From: Octopus bimaculoides
Taxonomy: Eukaryota
Reading direction: 5' to 3'
DNA: 35,248 nucleotides
Assembly (NCBI RefSeq): GCF_001194135.2
Contig: NC_068987.1
Location: forward strand, 16,979,816-17,015,063
Positions 10,576-23,612 of the stretch are shown here, one piece after another. The notes under the pieces were generated by a model. That model saw only the letters and a program-made list of their open reading frames with translations. It was not told the origin of the DNA and did no database searches. Position 1 is the first letter of the stretch, and every line of letters starts with the position of its first letter. The position numbers and the translations under genes are program-made.

Positions 10576-10862
10576 GTAAGTAACAAAAATACTTCGCGTA
10601 TCCTAAAAGACGAAGGTTACATGTATCATAGGTCAATCATAGCTGCAGGTAATCTATGCTAAATTTACAGTATCTCCGTACGGCAAATGTAAAGAAGAAA
10701 GTAACAGGGCAGACTCTAATTGATCAGCATATTCTGTATATTCACTAACAGAACATCCTCGTAAAATATGAGAAAGATTTTGAGGTTCGTAGAAGGAAAA
10801 CTAATAGATAATACATAAAATCAGACAATCGCAAATGCATGACTAAAAAAGAATTAAAAAAA

Positions 10863-11172
10863 TTTTTTTGCGCCCTTTTAAAGCCTAGTGAGGCTCATGG
10901 GCCCAGTTTCCCGGTTTCTATGGCGTATGTGTTCCCCCCAGATGGACAGGACGCCAGTCCATCGCAGCGTTACTCAAGAAACAGGAAGAAAGAGTGAGAC
11001 AAATTTGGAGCGAAAGAGTACAACAGGGGTCGCCACCAACCCCCCTGCCGGAGACTCGTGGAGCTTTAGGTGTTTTCGCTCAATAAACACACAACGCCCG
11101 GTCTGGGAATCGAAACCGCGATCCTCCGACAGCAAGTCCGCTGCCCTAACCACTGGGCCATTGCGCCTCCAC
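10863..11172 (-). mobile_element. Full-length tRNA-derived SINE, family D, 3' module type 2
   Basis: Same head as the 5030 copy; 3' module gcgatggactggcgtcctgtcc...agaaaccggg; A-rich tail. Confidence 0.92.
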
Positions 11173-11848
11173 AGAAAAAAAAATAAAAAGGCAATTGAAA
11201 TACCTAAAAAATAAAGAAGTGTACAGTTCAGATAAATACACTGGTGGAAGAAACAAAAAAGGAATATAGCGCTTCGAGTGATACAATGTGGGTCACAGCG
11301 AGGCTAAGTGAGAACGGACAGATGAGAAGAGAAAATGAGAAAGAGAGTAAGTATATATATATCTGTCTGTCTGCCTCTTTATACACACACACAGACACAC
11401 ACGCACGCACGCACGCACGCACGCACTCACACACACAGTGCATCTTGAAGATGAAACAATTGTTGTGGTAACAAATCTTTTTGTTGGTACATTCCGTTTT
11501 CTCGTTTCATAATTCTAAAGACTAAAGTATGCTTTCATAGAACCACAACTGTTGCTTCTGTATCCGTCACCTAAATCTGACCTTGCGAGTAAGACTTTAT
11601 GCAGTTGGTTGTTCGTTCTGTTACAATTAGCAACTAATTATACTTCAAATTACACCAGTTTAAAGAAGTAAAAAAGTACTCAATAATAGTTTTTAGGGAG
11701 AGAGATTATTAATACCATCTACCCTTCTTTCGATCACTCTTACAATTCTGCAGATCAATTGCCCACATACTAATCAGTTCTAATTTTGGCACAAAACGAG
11801 CAATTTTCAGCGAATGGTGTAGTTAGCAAATTACATTGCCGCGAGCAC

Positions 11849-12100
11849 GTGCGAGGGGCATGACCTAGTGGCATGGGTGTTGCACTCACGAACGCGTCAT
11901 CGTGGGTTCGATTTCCGAACCTAGTGCTGCATTGTGTTCTTGAGCAAAACACTTCGATCACTTTGATATCCAACGCGTGGTACACCGTGCACCCGTCTAG
12001 GTAATGCCAATTTAATAAAAGGAATGATATAATTGTGTTGCATGGATATTTGATCACTATAAACACAGTATTTGCGTGCAGGTCACTCAGCAAGAAATCC
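11849..12100 (+). mobile_element. Diverged tRNA-derived SINE
   Basis: A-box-like TGACCTAGTGG, B-box-like GGGTTCGATTTCC, then tgtgttcttgagcaaaacactt. Confidence 0.8.
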
Positions 12101-12147
12101 CAGGACCCACTTTCAGGGACCCGAGAAACTCACATTAATACATGACT

Positions 12148-12265
12148 TGTACTTTATTTTATTGACTGTGTAGTGATAAAAACTGAACTAGGGGTTTGAA
12201 TTGGAAACGTAAAAGAGTCGGTAGAAATACTGCATATTATTTTGCCAAAGCCGTAATCTACTTGT
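12148..12265 (-). mobile_element. Diverged SINE family C fragment
   Basis: gtactttattttattgac...ggggtttgaa..aaacgtaaa aligns with other family C copies. Confidence 0.6.
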
Positions 12266-13535
12266 ATGCAAATTTATTTAGCTGTTGCGCAGAGTGTAGT
12301 TAGAAATATGTTCTGTTGTAATGAAAGTTTCAAAATTTACTGTTCAAGCAATTTTCTTTTAATTAAATGATGCATATATAAAAGCCGTGAACATCACCCG
12401 TATCTATAATCCAGGGATATAAATCCAAGGATTTGTACCTAATGAAAACTAATTATATATTACAGGAAGATTGGCTTGCCTGCTGAGTCTTCAATGCTGT
12501 TTCAAACGTATAATCTAATAGATTCAGTTCATTTAATCTGATTAACACTCTTGAAAAGGCACGGACATCGCATTAATTTCATACCACTTGCCGTAATATT
12601 TACAAACCATTATGTTCACTGGAAAAGAAACTAATGTTATTATGGTGATTTCGTTATGAACATAGGTGATCAAAAATAAACACTTTCGCAGTTGATATCC
12701 AATGTCAGTTTCAAATTCTCAGTTGGCGAACGAAAGTTTCAATTATGTTGTTACAAATCGGAAATAAGGACGTCAAGGTATCCATTTCTCATTTCTTCCA
12801 ACATATAAAGTACTTCTCAGCAGATATAAAGACCACACTATTTTTAGAATTTTTACCGCGATGTGTGTGACCAAAGTAGTAAAATAGCAATGGCGGCTAA
12901 CTGAATTAATTCTAATCCACCCGACGTCAAGATAAACCCTACATTTATTTGGTATTTTTAATTACTAATACTGTATTGAAGTCTATTCGATATACGCATC
13001 CTATATAAAACGAATTATTCTGCATAATGGGAGACTTCCGTTATCTACCTTATTATTTCTAAAGTTCTATTGCCTATTTTTCATCCTCCCAAACCGATCT
13101 GTGCAGGATGAGATTCCGCGGATCGTAAATATTTCAACTCAGCAGTAAAACAACGGCTGTGTATGTTATGGCTTCTTAGAAACCAAGTGTCTGATGTCGC
13201 TGCTGTGCATAATTTGGTTTAATTTGAATTTTATCTTTGATTAAGAAAATTATGGTCAGTAATAAACAATAAAATCCGTTGCAGTGAGATATCTATAATC
13301 TCGATTTTCTCAGAAACACAGTGGTGCTTCCATATAGTTCCTGACTGTCAAATCCAACGTGTACTCACGCTTTTAAAAACAAGTGGAACACTCCAATAAA
13401 GACAACATTTTGGTGCAAATAATAACATACGTGATTTTGTTCTTTGGGACAGGGAACGAAAGTCATGCACTGTTGTAGAGGTCATCTGTCGAGCGCATAT
13501 GAATGTGCCATCAAAAGTTCAGGAAAAAGAGAACG

Positions 13536-13856
<321 letters not shown>

Positions 13857-14921
13857 CATACATACTCATGGAAAAATGGAGAACACTAAAGGCAGGAGAT
13901 AACTGTTGCCGATTTCTCAAATATAGAGGATGTAAAACCCTGCTGTCTTTCTCTTTTGTTTTTATTTCTCTTGTGAGATTTTTATCCCGAAGAAGGTATG
14001 TACTCACAATGCTACATACCCTTTCCTCTGTTGCAATTTCACTGTACTCTTCATGTCGCTGACTTTAAAATCTGATACATACTACTGTGCTGCGACAAAG
14101 AAACGTTTTTTTTTTTTTTATGAACTGTGCTATCATTGAAAAACGAAGTAGCTAATTTTGAATTACACTATAAACTAATTTGCAGTTTATTTATCCTGTG
14201 ATGGGTGTGGCTATGTGTTTTTGCATTACGGCACATGTACTAATTTATCACAGTGTTGAAAACAATGTGATCCATTGACAACAAAATCGAAAAAAAAAAA
14301 AAAACGACAGTGAAAAGTAACATGAAAAAGTAATTAATCATACGATGAAAATAGTGAGGGAATATATTTTAGATATCTAAACTCGTATTAATTGAAATCT
14401 CATTTAAATATTGAATTTGACATATCTGCAGTCTCGGCTAACCATAAGCCTAAAGACTTATATTCAATAGAAATGTGGGGAGATGTGGTGGTGTTGGAGG
14501 TAGGGTTTGTGAGGGGAATAATGTTGAATGTTGATTAATGTCTTACTAACGAAGCGCAACAAGTGAAGAAATGAATTGCTTTGGGGTAAATAATTAGTTG
14601 TGTTCTGCATTAAATATCTCAATAAAATGAAAATTACAACGCAATCTATAATGATTGTGGTAGTGTAACAGTTAGGATAATAGACTCAGATAGTTTTTAT
14701 TTGAGTTAATTATTATTTGTGTTCATGGTGATAGCAGTATTTGATGCGAAGCTAGAAACATTGGTATTTATATGAACAGTTGCATTGTGGTAAGATTAAA
14801 GCAATGTAGTTCACTCTAGTTTTGGTGGGTATATGATCGGTTTTTAATTCTAGTTTTGGTGGCGGTACATTTAGTGTAGCAAATTTGGTGGCCTGCAAAT
14901 TTGAGGTGAAGAGGAGCGGTG

Positions 14922-15020
14922 GTAAACCGATTACATCGATCCTAGTATTTGACTAGTAGATATTTTATCGACCCAGGAAGAATGAATGATCTCGGCAGAA
15001 TTTGATTTTGGAATGTAAAA
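14922..15020 (-). mobile_element. SINE family C fragment
   Basis: cgattacatcgatcctagt...ttttatcgaccc...ctcggcagaatttga. Confidence 0.7.
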
Positions 15021-15254
15021 AGACTTTTTCCTGTCAGAGTAATTGATTTTGACGGTGGTTAGGCTAGTGTATTTAACTTTGTTTATTATGTGGTAAACTC
15101 AGAGTAGTCATTATTGGTTTTAGCGATAGAACGACTGGTGTACATAATTTTGGTGGAAACGGTCAGTGTAATTAATATAAGTTTTGTTGGCAGTATGATT
15201 GGTGCAGTTAACTCTAGTTTTGGTTGTGACTAGATTAATATTAGCTTTTGTGGT

Positions 15255-15297
15255 AAGGTGGCGAGGTGGCAGAATCGTAGAGTAGGCCAACATGAAA
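15255..15297 (+). mobile_element. SINE family C 5' head fragment
   Basis: aaggtggcgaggtggcagaatcgt matches the family C head. Confidence 0.55.
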
Positions 15298-15756
15298 TTT
15301 TAATTAACTGAATTGAATAAAAAAATGGAATTCTTTGTGGAAGTGAATTCAGAGTAAGTTGATATGTTCCGATATTATTATAACCCATCAACGAATCATA
15401 GTGTAACCGTAATTATTATATCTTTGTGTAACTAGAAACATTGTAATTCTTCTTCAACGAAAACTGTATAGTGTAATAAATTTATAAATGTCACAGGAAA
15501 ATTGCCCAGAGATGACTGCTGCATAAGATCTTACATTTAAACTGGGGCTAAAAAATATGACGGAGTAAACCAAGATATTTTAACTAGAAATTCTTCTTTA
15601 TTGATAACGATCAGTATCCAAACAAATTATTATGATAAGCAAAGATCAATGGTGGATAACAAAGATGATTTTAATTAAATGAAAGTAGTTAGTATTTAAA
15701 GCAGGGAGTGCACATAATCTTTAGCAGCACGGTAACAATGTTATAGTTAGTAGTGT

Positions 15757-16030
15757 AGTTTTGGCAGTAATGAAGTATAGTAAAATTGGTGTTGAAATCA
15801 GTAATTCTGGTTGGAAGATGCTGGTTGGAAGTACAGCTGATACTGTTGAGGATGCTGTAAAAATAGTTTCGATGGAAGTATAGCTTGATAGTGGTTAGGT
15901 TGGTTTAAAAAATGGCAGTCTTGGTTCTAGTAACCTTGTAATATTCCGTTCGGTAAAAATTATAGTTTTGGTTGTAGCAGAATTGATAGTTGTGTTAGTT
16001 GGTGTAAAAATAGTTTTGGTTGAAGTATAG
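15757..16030. repeat. Decayed repeat of a ~27-nt motif GTAAAAATAGTTTTGGTTGAAGTATAG within a G/T-rich tract (14640-16120)
   Basis: Copies at 15857-15883 and 16004-16030; partial copies near 15757 and 15953. Confidence 0.65.
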
Positions 16031-16123
16031 TCGATAGTAATGATGTTGGCTTAGAAAAGAATTGTTTTGATTGAAGGACCTTGGTGTAGAAAATACGAGT
16101 AGTAGCTTTGGTTGTTGCTGCTG

Positions 16124-16290
16124 TTAAAGCGGAGAATCAGCCGAGTCATTAGCGTTTCTAATGAATGCCTTGCTGTGTTTGTTCTTTCTCTTTGAGATAT
16201 TAAGTTCAAATCCAGCCGAAGTCACCAACACGCTTCATAACTTGCGGGCTGATAAATAAAATACCACTCAAAAGTGGTTAACTGGCGGAA
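16124..16290 (+). mobile_element. Diverged SINE family C
   Basis: B-box-like AAGTTCAAATCC followed by gccgaagtcacc...cttcat...gataaataaaatacca. Confidence 0.65.
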
Positions 16291-16799
16291 GTATTTGGAG
16301 TGTCAAACATTAAGCCTGGTGACAGGTGTCTATTTTGTCCCTTTGCACTGTATTAAAATTCTGTCTTTTACTACCGGCCTTCCAATTGTCGTGCGAAAAC
16401 AAGCGACTCGTCAAACAGTGATAGGTCCCCTATGGTCGGACGGCATAACGCTTCGATTAGAATTGCGTCAATGTTACAGTCTGAGCACTATGACCAGTGG
16501 CACTTGCATAGAGATAAACCCTAGGACAGAAAGACAAAAGAAAACATTCCAAAACAAAGAGCTGAAGTTGCTGTTGGTAAAAGCAAAAAGTTTTTCTAGC
16601 AGTGGTGAAGATGGTCGTTTTGCTGGTGTATATAGCTATGTTGAATGCAGTTGTAGTGGTATTTAGCTTAGAAGTCGATCTTAATAAGATTTATTTTCAT
16701 TCTCACAAGACGTCAGTTGAATGGAAGTATGTCTTAATCTCTTTTAAGTAGAGATGGTCTCTTAGAAATTGACAGCTGTCTGTTGGGCATGATGGCTCT

Positions 16800-16801
16800 C
16801 T

Positions 16802-16858
<57 letters not shown>
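16800..16858. repeat. (CTA)n microsatellite
   Basis: Read directly. Confidence 0.97.
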
Positions 16859-17869
16859 AACTCTTGTTGTTGTTACTCTGATTGTTGTTGCTGCTGCTTC
16901 TTACATTGCTGTTGTCGAACTTTCTCTTAATAGCAAAATGCAGCTTGTTACTTTTGCAATTGTTGTTGATAGTAATGTAAGGTGTTTAGCTACTGTTGTT
17001 GCTACTGTTGTCACTGCATTCAAATGCTGTGGTGTGCTAATGCTATTACGACTGCCTCTTGCTAATTATATCTATTTTTGTTGCAATTATATTTTTCTGC
17101 TGCAAACGTCGTTGTCAATATATGCTATAAATGTTGTTGATAATCTATGACAGTAGCAAGTTTTTACTGATGTCGCGAACTGCTAAGACACCATGTGGCT
17201 AATTATAATTATTTTGGTTGCAGTTCTGACTTTCTGTTGCTGATGTTTGCTGTAATAGTTGTGGGTCACTTTTTCGACAGTCGTAGATCTTTATTAATAT
17301 TGCAAACAGTTGCTGCCTAAAGTCTGTTGTCATATCTCTCATAAAATATGCTCAACCTCGGTGCTCGTTGCGTTTTCTTTTTTCCCCTGTTGTCGCTACT
17401 ATCGTTACTACTGCAACGTTACACTTACTCCTGTTCCCGTCCTTACTATGGCTACTTGTGTCATTATTGTTCTTGCCCTCGATGTTATAGTTACTACTGT
17501 TGTTGTTTTGACTGATCTTGTATCTGCTGTTCTCCTTACCGTTGCTGTTACTGCTTCAGCAAATGTGAACACTGCAATTGCCCTTGTCACTGCAGCAGGG
17601 GTACTAGGAGTTGTTGCTTAACAACTGTTCCACCTTCGTCCAGTAGACCTGTAATCGGAAATTATCCTTCATAACACAGAATTATATTTTAGTGTTGTTT
17701 TAGAAACAACATCTAAAATCACATCCATTGTCTTCCGTCTTTTAGGACACTATTTGTGTAGATGTCTTCAAGCATTGAACCACGGTACTCTGGCGTGCTC
17801 TGATTTATCGACGCAAACAATAGATTGCCTAGATATTTAAAGAAAATTTGCGCTTTATTTTAAAAATGG

Positions 17870-18062
17870 CAGGGTATGTTTAACCTAAGTTCAGTTATGA
17901 TCAAACAAACCTACAATAAAGATCATCCCTGACATCAACAACCAGTCTTTCATTCAAACAATGTATTCAATAGCTTATTATCTAATGTATCTCATATTTT
18001 CTAAAGATACGCAGTACAACTTAACGTAGATTTGGCTATTATTTCGAGAACATAAAGCGATA
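17870..18062 (-). mobile_element. Interspersed repeat family E, diverged. Partial copies near 17625-17670, 18415-18535 and 25795-25860
   Basis: Shared motifs gatttggct.ctatttc.ag and gatc.a.ca.a.cta..a..aaag between the copies. The strand is inferred from a recalled (AAC)n tail. Confidence 0.55.
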
Positions 18063-19958
18063 TTTTAACATAATATGCGAACACGGACTCTTTCTCTCTA
18101 GATTCAAATTGTCTACGATACATTGTTTAACGTAGTTGAAAATATCGAGTCATATTGACACTAGGAATCTAGTGTGAATCATTCCAACAGAAGGGAGTCG
18201 TATAAAAGTAACCAATTACCATGCAGTGCGTTTAAACAGGGTCACGAATTGAGTTTGTTACACTGATACAATGTTCCTGTAATTTACTAAGGCCCATTTC
18301 TAGTATTATTTGCTAGTACCGCATCAAGTGGTGTAAAGGGTTTTGTTGTGGCTGTTCGTGGTGATGATGTGATGCTGGCGCTGGTGACAGTGGTGGTGTG
18401 TACACAGACGTGTGGATCAAATTATCCATTCTGTCTCGTCTGTATTTAAGACGGAGCAATGTGATTTAAGGAGGATTTGGCTGCTATTTCTAGCACAGAA
18501 AATGCCCTCGTAGATGTTTCCTCACTGGATGGTTTCCATTATATTATCCGATGCTTTCGCTGTAGTTGTAATCTTTGTATTCTAAAATATTAACCATTAT
18601 TACATACTGTGTGTGATTGTATTAATGGTTCGCTGTATATTACATATCGTTATTATTGAGACAGTATTGATATAAAATTGCTAATATCTATTACAACTAC
18701 TTCAACAGTTGTCAGGCAACATTTTATAGTTCTGAGTCGTGTCTCAGATGGCGAAACGTATAAGAATGTCCAGTTAATAGTCAAATTGTTGAAGATTCTC
18801 ATTCACTAGCCCACGCCGTTCAACTGTTTATTTATCTAAGCAACAAATCTCTCGTTGAGCCATTGACAGCTACATTTCGCCAATAGAACGACACACACAG
18901 TATATTGTTAACAGTAACAAGCAGATGGAAATAGTCACTATGGTGTTTGCATATCTTTATAAAGTATGCAGGCAGAGTAGTGTATAATTAACCAATTACT
19001 GGCTGAATTGATAAATTTAATCGGCTTATGGAGTTGTAAAATGTAATAGGTATTTCTCTATACGAACTTATACTTCTCTGAACATTATTCAGCTACATTT
19101 GGGAATCATAGAATGTCTCGTGGAAGCTTCTACGATTTGATAATAATTCGTTGAGAATGTTGGTTAAATATATACAACTCTAGCTGAAATATCGGATCAG
19201 AGGAAAGCTTCGTGGTTGAAATAGTTTCAAAGCTGCATTTAAGTTCTGGAATACAAACTTCACTTCTAATCCTGCTAATACACCTAAATGAGCTGCAATT
19301 CGGCCGTTAAGGCTTGCAGTACAGCTGCGCATTTATTGATTTGTGATTATTTATGAAACTGAATTTAAATTCACTGTTGAATAAATTGCACTAGCAATAC
19401 CCGCATGCGAGAGATGAATAAATTGCAACGTCTGTATATAAGTTTCATTTTTACCGAGTCTTGCTAGAAACTTAGCTTAATTTTAACCGTTGAGTAAAGA
19501 CGTATTTTTAGCATCATATTTTACTGCGCAGTTCAAACCTATATTGCATTTGTGGCTGCCTGCATGTTTGTGAGGAATATTACATATAAGTGATTTAATG
19601 TATCCCTTATACATAAAACATTGGTACTTCTAATTCTATGGTGATATTTTTGGACACTCCACTATCACAGACGAACGAAAAGACACACAAAATAAGACAT
19701 CAATATTAATTTTTATATGTCAAATGCAAGTCTATTTCTCATGAAAACAACATTAAAATTTTGTGAAGTGTGAAGTGTACTTAATATATGTCCGCGTGAT
19801 TTGTGTAAATCCATTTGTAAATATCGACATATACATTTGTGTATAATACACGTATGAAAACACACGCAAATATATATATATATATATTGTACAAACATAT
19901 GAGGTTTATGATTGAATGAGAGTCTGTATGCGCGTCTGTGTGTATGTGCATGTAAATG

Positions 19959-20074
<116 letters not shown>

Positions 20075-21679
20075 ATACATATTTATACAAACGTGTGTCT
20101 GTATCTAAATAAATGATTAAGCCGAATTTAATGCTCCAAATTAATGGTTACTTAGCAGACATTTAATTTCTTTAAAAATCTACAAACATATTCAGAAAAG
20201 TTCATTCACAGGCATATACATACACGTATATGTGTGCGTATACGTACGTACATACATACATACATACGTACATACATATATACATACATACATACGCATG
20301 TTTGTACTCATATATATATCTATCTATGTATCTATCCAACAGCTTACATTTCTACCTATACATACACGCGCACGCACACATAAGCACACACACGCATGCA
20401 CATACACCCCCACTCTCACACACACGTATATATATATATATATATATNNNNNNNNNNNNNNNNNNNNNNNNNNNNNNNNNNNNNNNNNNNNNNNNNNNNN
20501 NNNNNNNNNNNNNNNNNNNNNNNNNNNNNNNNNNNNNNNNNNNNNNNNNNNNNNNNNNNNNNNNNNNNNNNNNNNNNNNNNNNNNNNNNNNNNNNNNNNN
20601 NNNNNNNNNNNNNNNNNNNNNNNNNNNNNNNNNNNNNNNNNNNNNNNNNNNNNNNNNNNNNNNNNNNNNNNNNNNNNNNNNNNNNNNNNNNNNNNNNNNN
20701 NNNNNNNNNNNNNNNNNNNNNNNNNNNNNNNNNNNNNNNNNNNNNNNNNNNNNNNNNNNNNNNNNNNNNNNNNNNNNNNNNNNNNNNNNNNNNNNNNNNN
20801 NNNNNNNNNNNNNNNNNNNNNNNNNNNNNNNNNNNNNNNNNNNNNNNNNNNNNNNNNNNNNNNNNNNNNNNNNNNNNNNNNNNNNNNNNNNNNNNNNNNN
20901 NNNNNNNNNNNNNNNNNNNNNNNNNNNNNNNNNNNNNNNNNNNNNNNNNNNNNNNNNNNNNNNNNNNNNNNNNNNNNNNNNNNNNNNNNNNNNNNNNNNN
21001 NNNNNNNNNNNNNNNNNNNNNNNNNNNNNNNNNNNNNNNNNNNNNNNNNNNNNNNNNNNNNNNNNNNNNNNNNNNNNNNNNNNNNNNNNNNNNNNNNNNN
21101 NNNNNNNNNNNNNNNNNNNNNNNNNNNNNNNNNNNNNNNNNNNNNNNNNNNNNNNNNNNNNNNNNNNNNNNNNNNNNNNNNNNNNNNNNNNNNNNNNNNN
21201 NNNNNNNNNNNNNNNNNNNNNNNNNNNNNNNNNNNNNNNNNNNNNNNNNNNNNNNNNNNNNNNNNNNNNNNNNNNNNNNNNTATATATATATATATATAT
21301 ATATTGAGATGTTCGTAGGCGACATGAAAGAGCAAAGTTACTGTAATATCAGACTAATGTTTATAATGAAAGGTGGGATACATATTAGTACAATAAATGT
21401 ACGGAAGCGTACATTATATATGTAAATAAACCGCTGAATATATATACAAGCGCTGAAGTATACACATACACACATGCATACCCTCCCCACACGCATACAG
21501 ACGTATATCTATATCTCTATGTATATGCCTCTCTATATACTTGTGTGTTTGTCTATATACTTCTGTGTCTGTCTCTCTTTACACACAAACAAATCTCCCC
21601 CCCCCATATATATATATGTGTTTGTATAGATATATATGTGCGTGTGTATCGCTACGTATACACACACACACGCACATAT

Positions 21680-21730
21680 ATAGTTGAAATTTACAGGAAA
21701 GTAAAAGACGAAGGCAGGTGTGTGAACAAC
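21680..21730 (-). mobile_element. Family A 3' fragment without the hammerhead part
   Basis: Reverse complement gttgttcacacacctgccttcgtcttttactttcctgtaaatttcaacta matches 27002-27051. Confidence 0.8.
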
Positions 21731-21732
21731 TT

Positions 21733-21786
21733 ACATGACCATCGGCCATCTTCCTTTCTTTTCCTAACATGTGTTTCTTTCTTTTT

Positions 21787-21842
<56 letters not shown>

Positions 21843-22240
21843 ACTGTCTAACTTATTCAGCTGCAGCGATCAGACGCATTCTTGCCTGTCTCCTGACCAA
21901 GCTTGTTCCACCGCGTTCTCTACCTCATCTCGTTTAGGCTTAGCAGCTCTTCCTGTTTGCTTTCACTGTCCTGATTTGTTACCAATGTTGACCCTCCACA
22001 AAATCCCAAATTTAATTTGATTTGCTTTGTGGTAGCAACTGTTTTGTCGAAGGTGTATCTTGTCGAGAATTGCTCGAAATCCGGAATAGAAAACAGCGAC
22101 AACTGATGATGAGTCGTTCTTTATGTTGCTTATCTTGCTTTCCATTTGTTTCTTTCATTGTTCGAAAGAAAAGTTCATATTCCATGTATTCGTATTTCGT
22201 ATTTCATGTTGTTTACGTTCTGTGACGTCCTGTGCCCACA
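21733..22240 (+). mobile_element. Family F copy 2, containing (TTCT)n at 21775-21841
   Basis: tgaccatcggccatc ... gacaactgatgatgag ... gacgtcctgtgccc. Confidence 0.6.
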
Positions 22241-22316
22241 TATGTATATGTATATACATACATATGTAAATATGTACATATATGTACGTATATATGTTTT
22301 TATATATTATTTATAT

Positions 22317-22362
<46 letters not shown>

Positions 22363-22450
22363 ATAACATCATAATATAAATGTATAACATGTGTATANNN
22401 NNNNNNNTATGTATGTATATAACATCATAATATAAATGTATAACATGTGT

Positions 22451-22500
<50 letters not shown>

Positions 22501-22639
22501 ACATCATAATATAGATATATGTATAATATATATATATGTATAACTTATAATAATCATCATATATAACATATATAACATCATAATCATCATCGCCACCATC
22601 GTCGCTGTCATTGTCTTTATGAACGATTTCGAGTGTAGA

Positions 22640-22805
22640 TAGATCTCTCGACCCCCTTTGGAAACGTTTAATTATTTCAATAGTAACACTGTGTGTGCGT
22701 GCGAGAGAGAATAATATATCTCTTACGTCCCGAAGGAATGAAAGACAAAGCTGACCACGCCAGAATTTAAACGCTGAATGCTGAGCGCCGGAGCAAATAT
22801 CGCAA
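22640..22805 (-). mobile_element. Diverged SINE family C, interrupted
   Basis: cccgaaggaatgaaagacaaagctgaccacgccagaattt aligns with family C. Confidence 0.6.
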
Positions 22806-22984
22806 CTTATATATATANNNNNNNNNNNNNNNNNNNNNNNNNNNNNNNNNNNNNNNNNNNNNNNNNNNNNNNNNNNNNNNNNNNNNNNNNNNNNNNNNNN
22901 NNNNNNNNNNNNNNNATATATATATATATAATGATTGAAGACTACTGAATAACAATGAGACAGAGCCAATGTAGTAAACACTTT

Positions 22985-23270
22985 GTACTGTACAAGGTAC
23001 CGTAATCTCTCACAGGGTGCGTGACTAGTTTGACAACATGTGCTTCACTTTCGCTGCTTGCTTTCTCGATCAACTTACCTTTCACCTATCATAATAGCTG
23101 GAGATGACAGCTAGAGGGAAAGAGGGCTGAAACAGCTCCCTGCTGGTACATATTACTAGTAAGTAGACTGGAACAACGTGCTATGAAATTTCATTGCCAA
23201 GGACGCCGCCCATCCAGTAATTGAACCCACTACACTACGATAGAAAGATCTATGCAGTAGCCGACGAGCA
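22985..23270 (-). mobile_element. Diverged tRNA-derived SINE
   Basis: Minus strand B-box-like GGGTTCAATTAC, then gtccttggcaatgaaatttcat. Confidence 0.6.
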
Positions 23271-23560
23271 TACATCCATACATCTATGTTTTTTTTGTAC
23301 AAAGTAATTCATAAAATGTTTATATATGAAGCTCTCAGTTTTACATTGGGGACATGCCTCACACTGAGTTTCTCTCATTATATATTCATTATATACTCAC
23401 ATATATATACACACACACACATACACACAAATATATATATAAAAACCTAAAACCTGTTTAAATGTTTGGAAGATGTTTCAACTTCGAAGGTCTTTTCACT
23501 GCATTTATCGTGAAGTAAACAAGTTATACTCGGGACAAAATCGTGCTAAAACCCCAGTCA

Positions 23561-23612
23561 TATCTAAGAGGCCTCACATTTCGAACTCGTTAATTCTCTT
23601 CAGCATTAGATA
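23561..23612 (-). ncRNA. Hammerhead-like motif with canonical core and damaged stem III
   Basis: Minus strand TATCTAAtg CTGAAGA GAAT taacga GTTC GAAA tgtgaggcc TC TTAGATA. Confidence 0.5.

Noticed and set aside
15325-15359. ATG...GTAAGT mini first exon (MEFFVEVNS)
   Set aside because: No promoter or acceptor context; such a match is expected by chance in 35 kb.
18732-18770. Hammerhead-like CTGA-GTCGT..ATGGC-GAAACGT..ATGTC
   Set aside because: Three core nucleotides are missing and stem I cannot form; at best a heavily decayed relic.
22352-22453. 46-bp direct repeat flanking a 10-N gap
   Set aside because: An exact duplicate on both sides of a gap is typical of an unmerged contig overlap, i.e. 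an assembly artefact.
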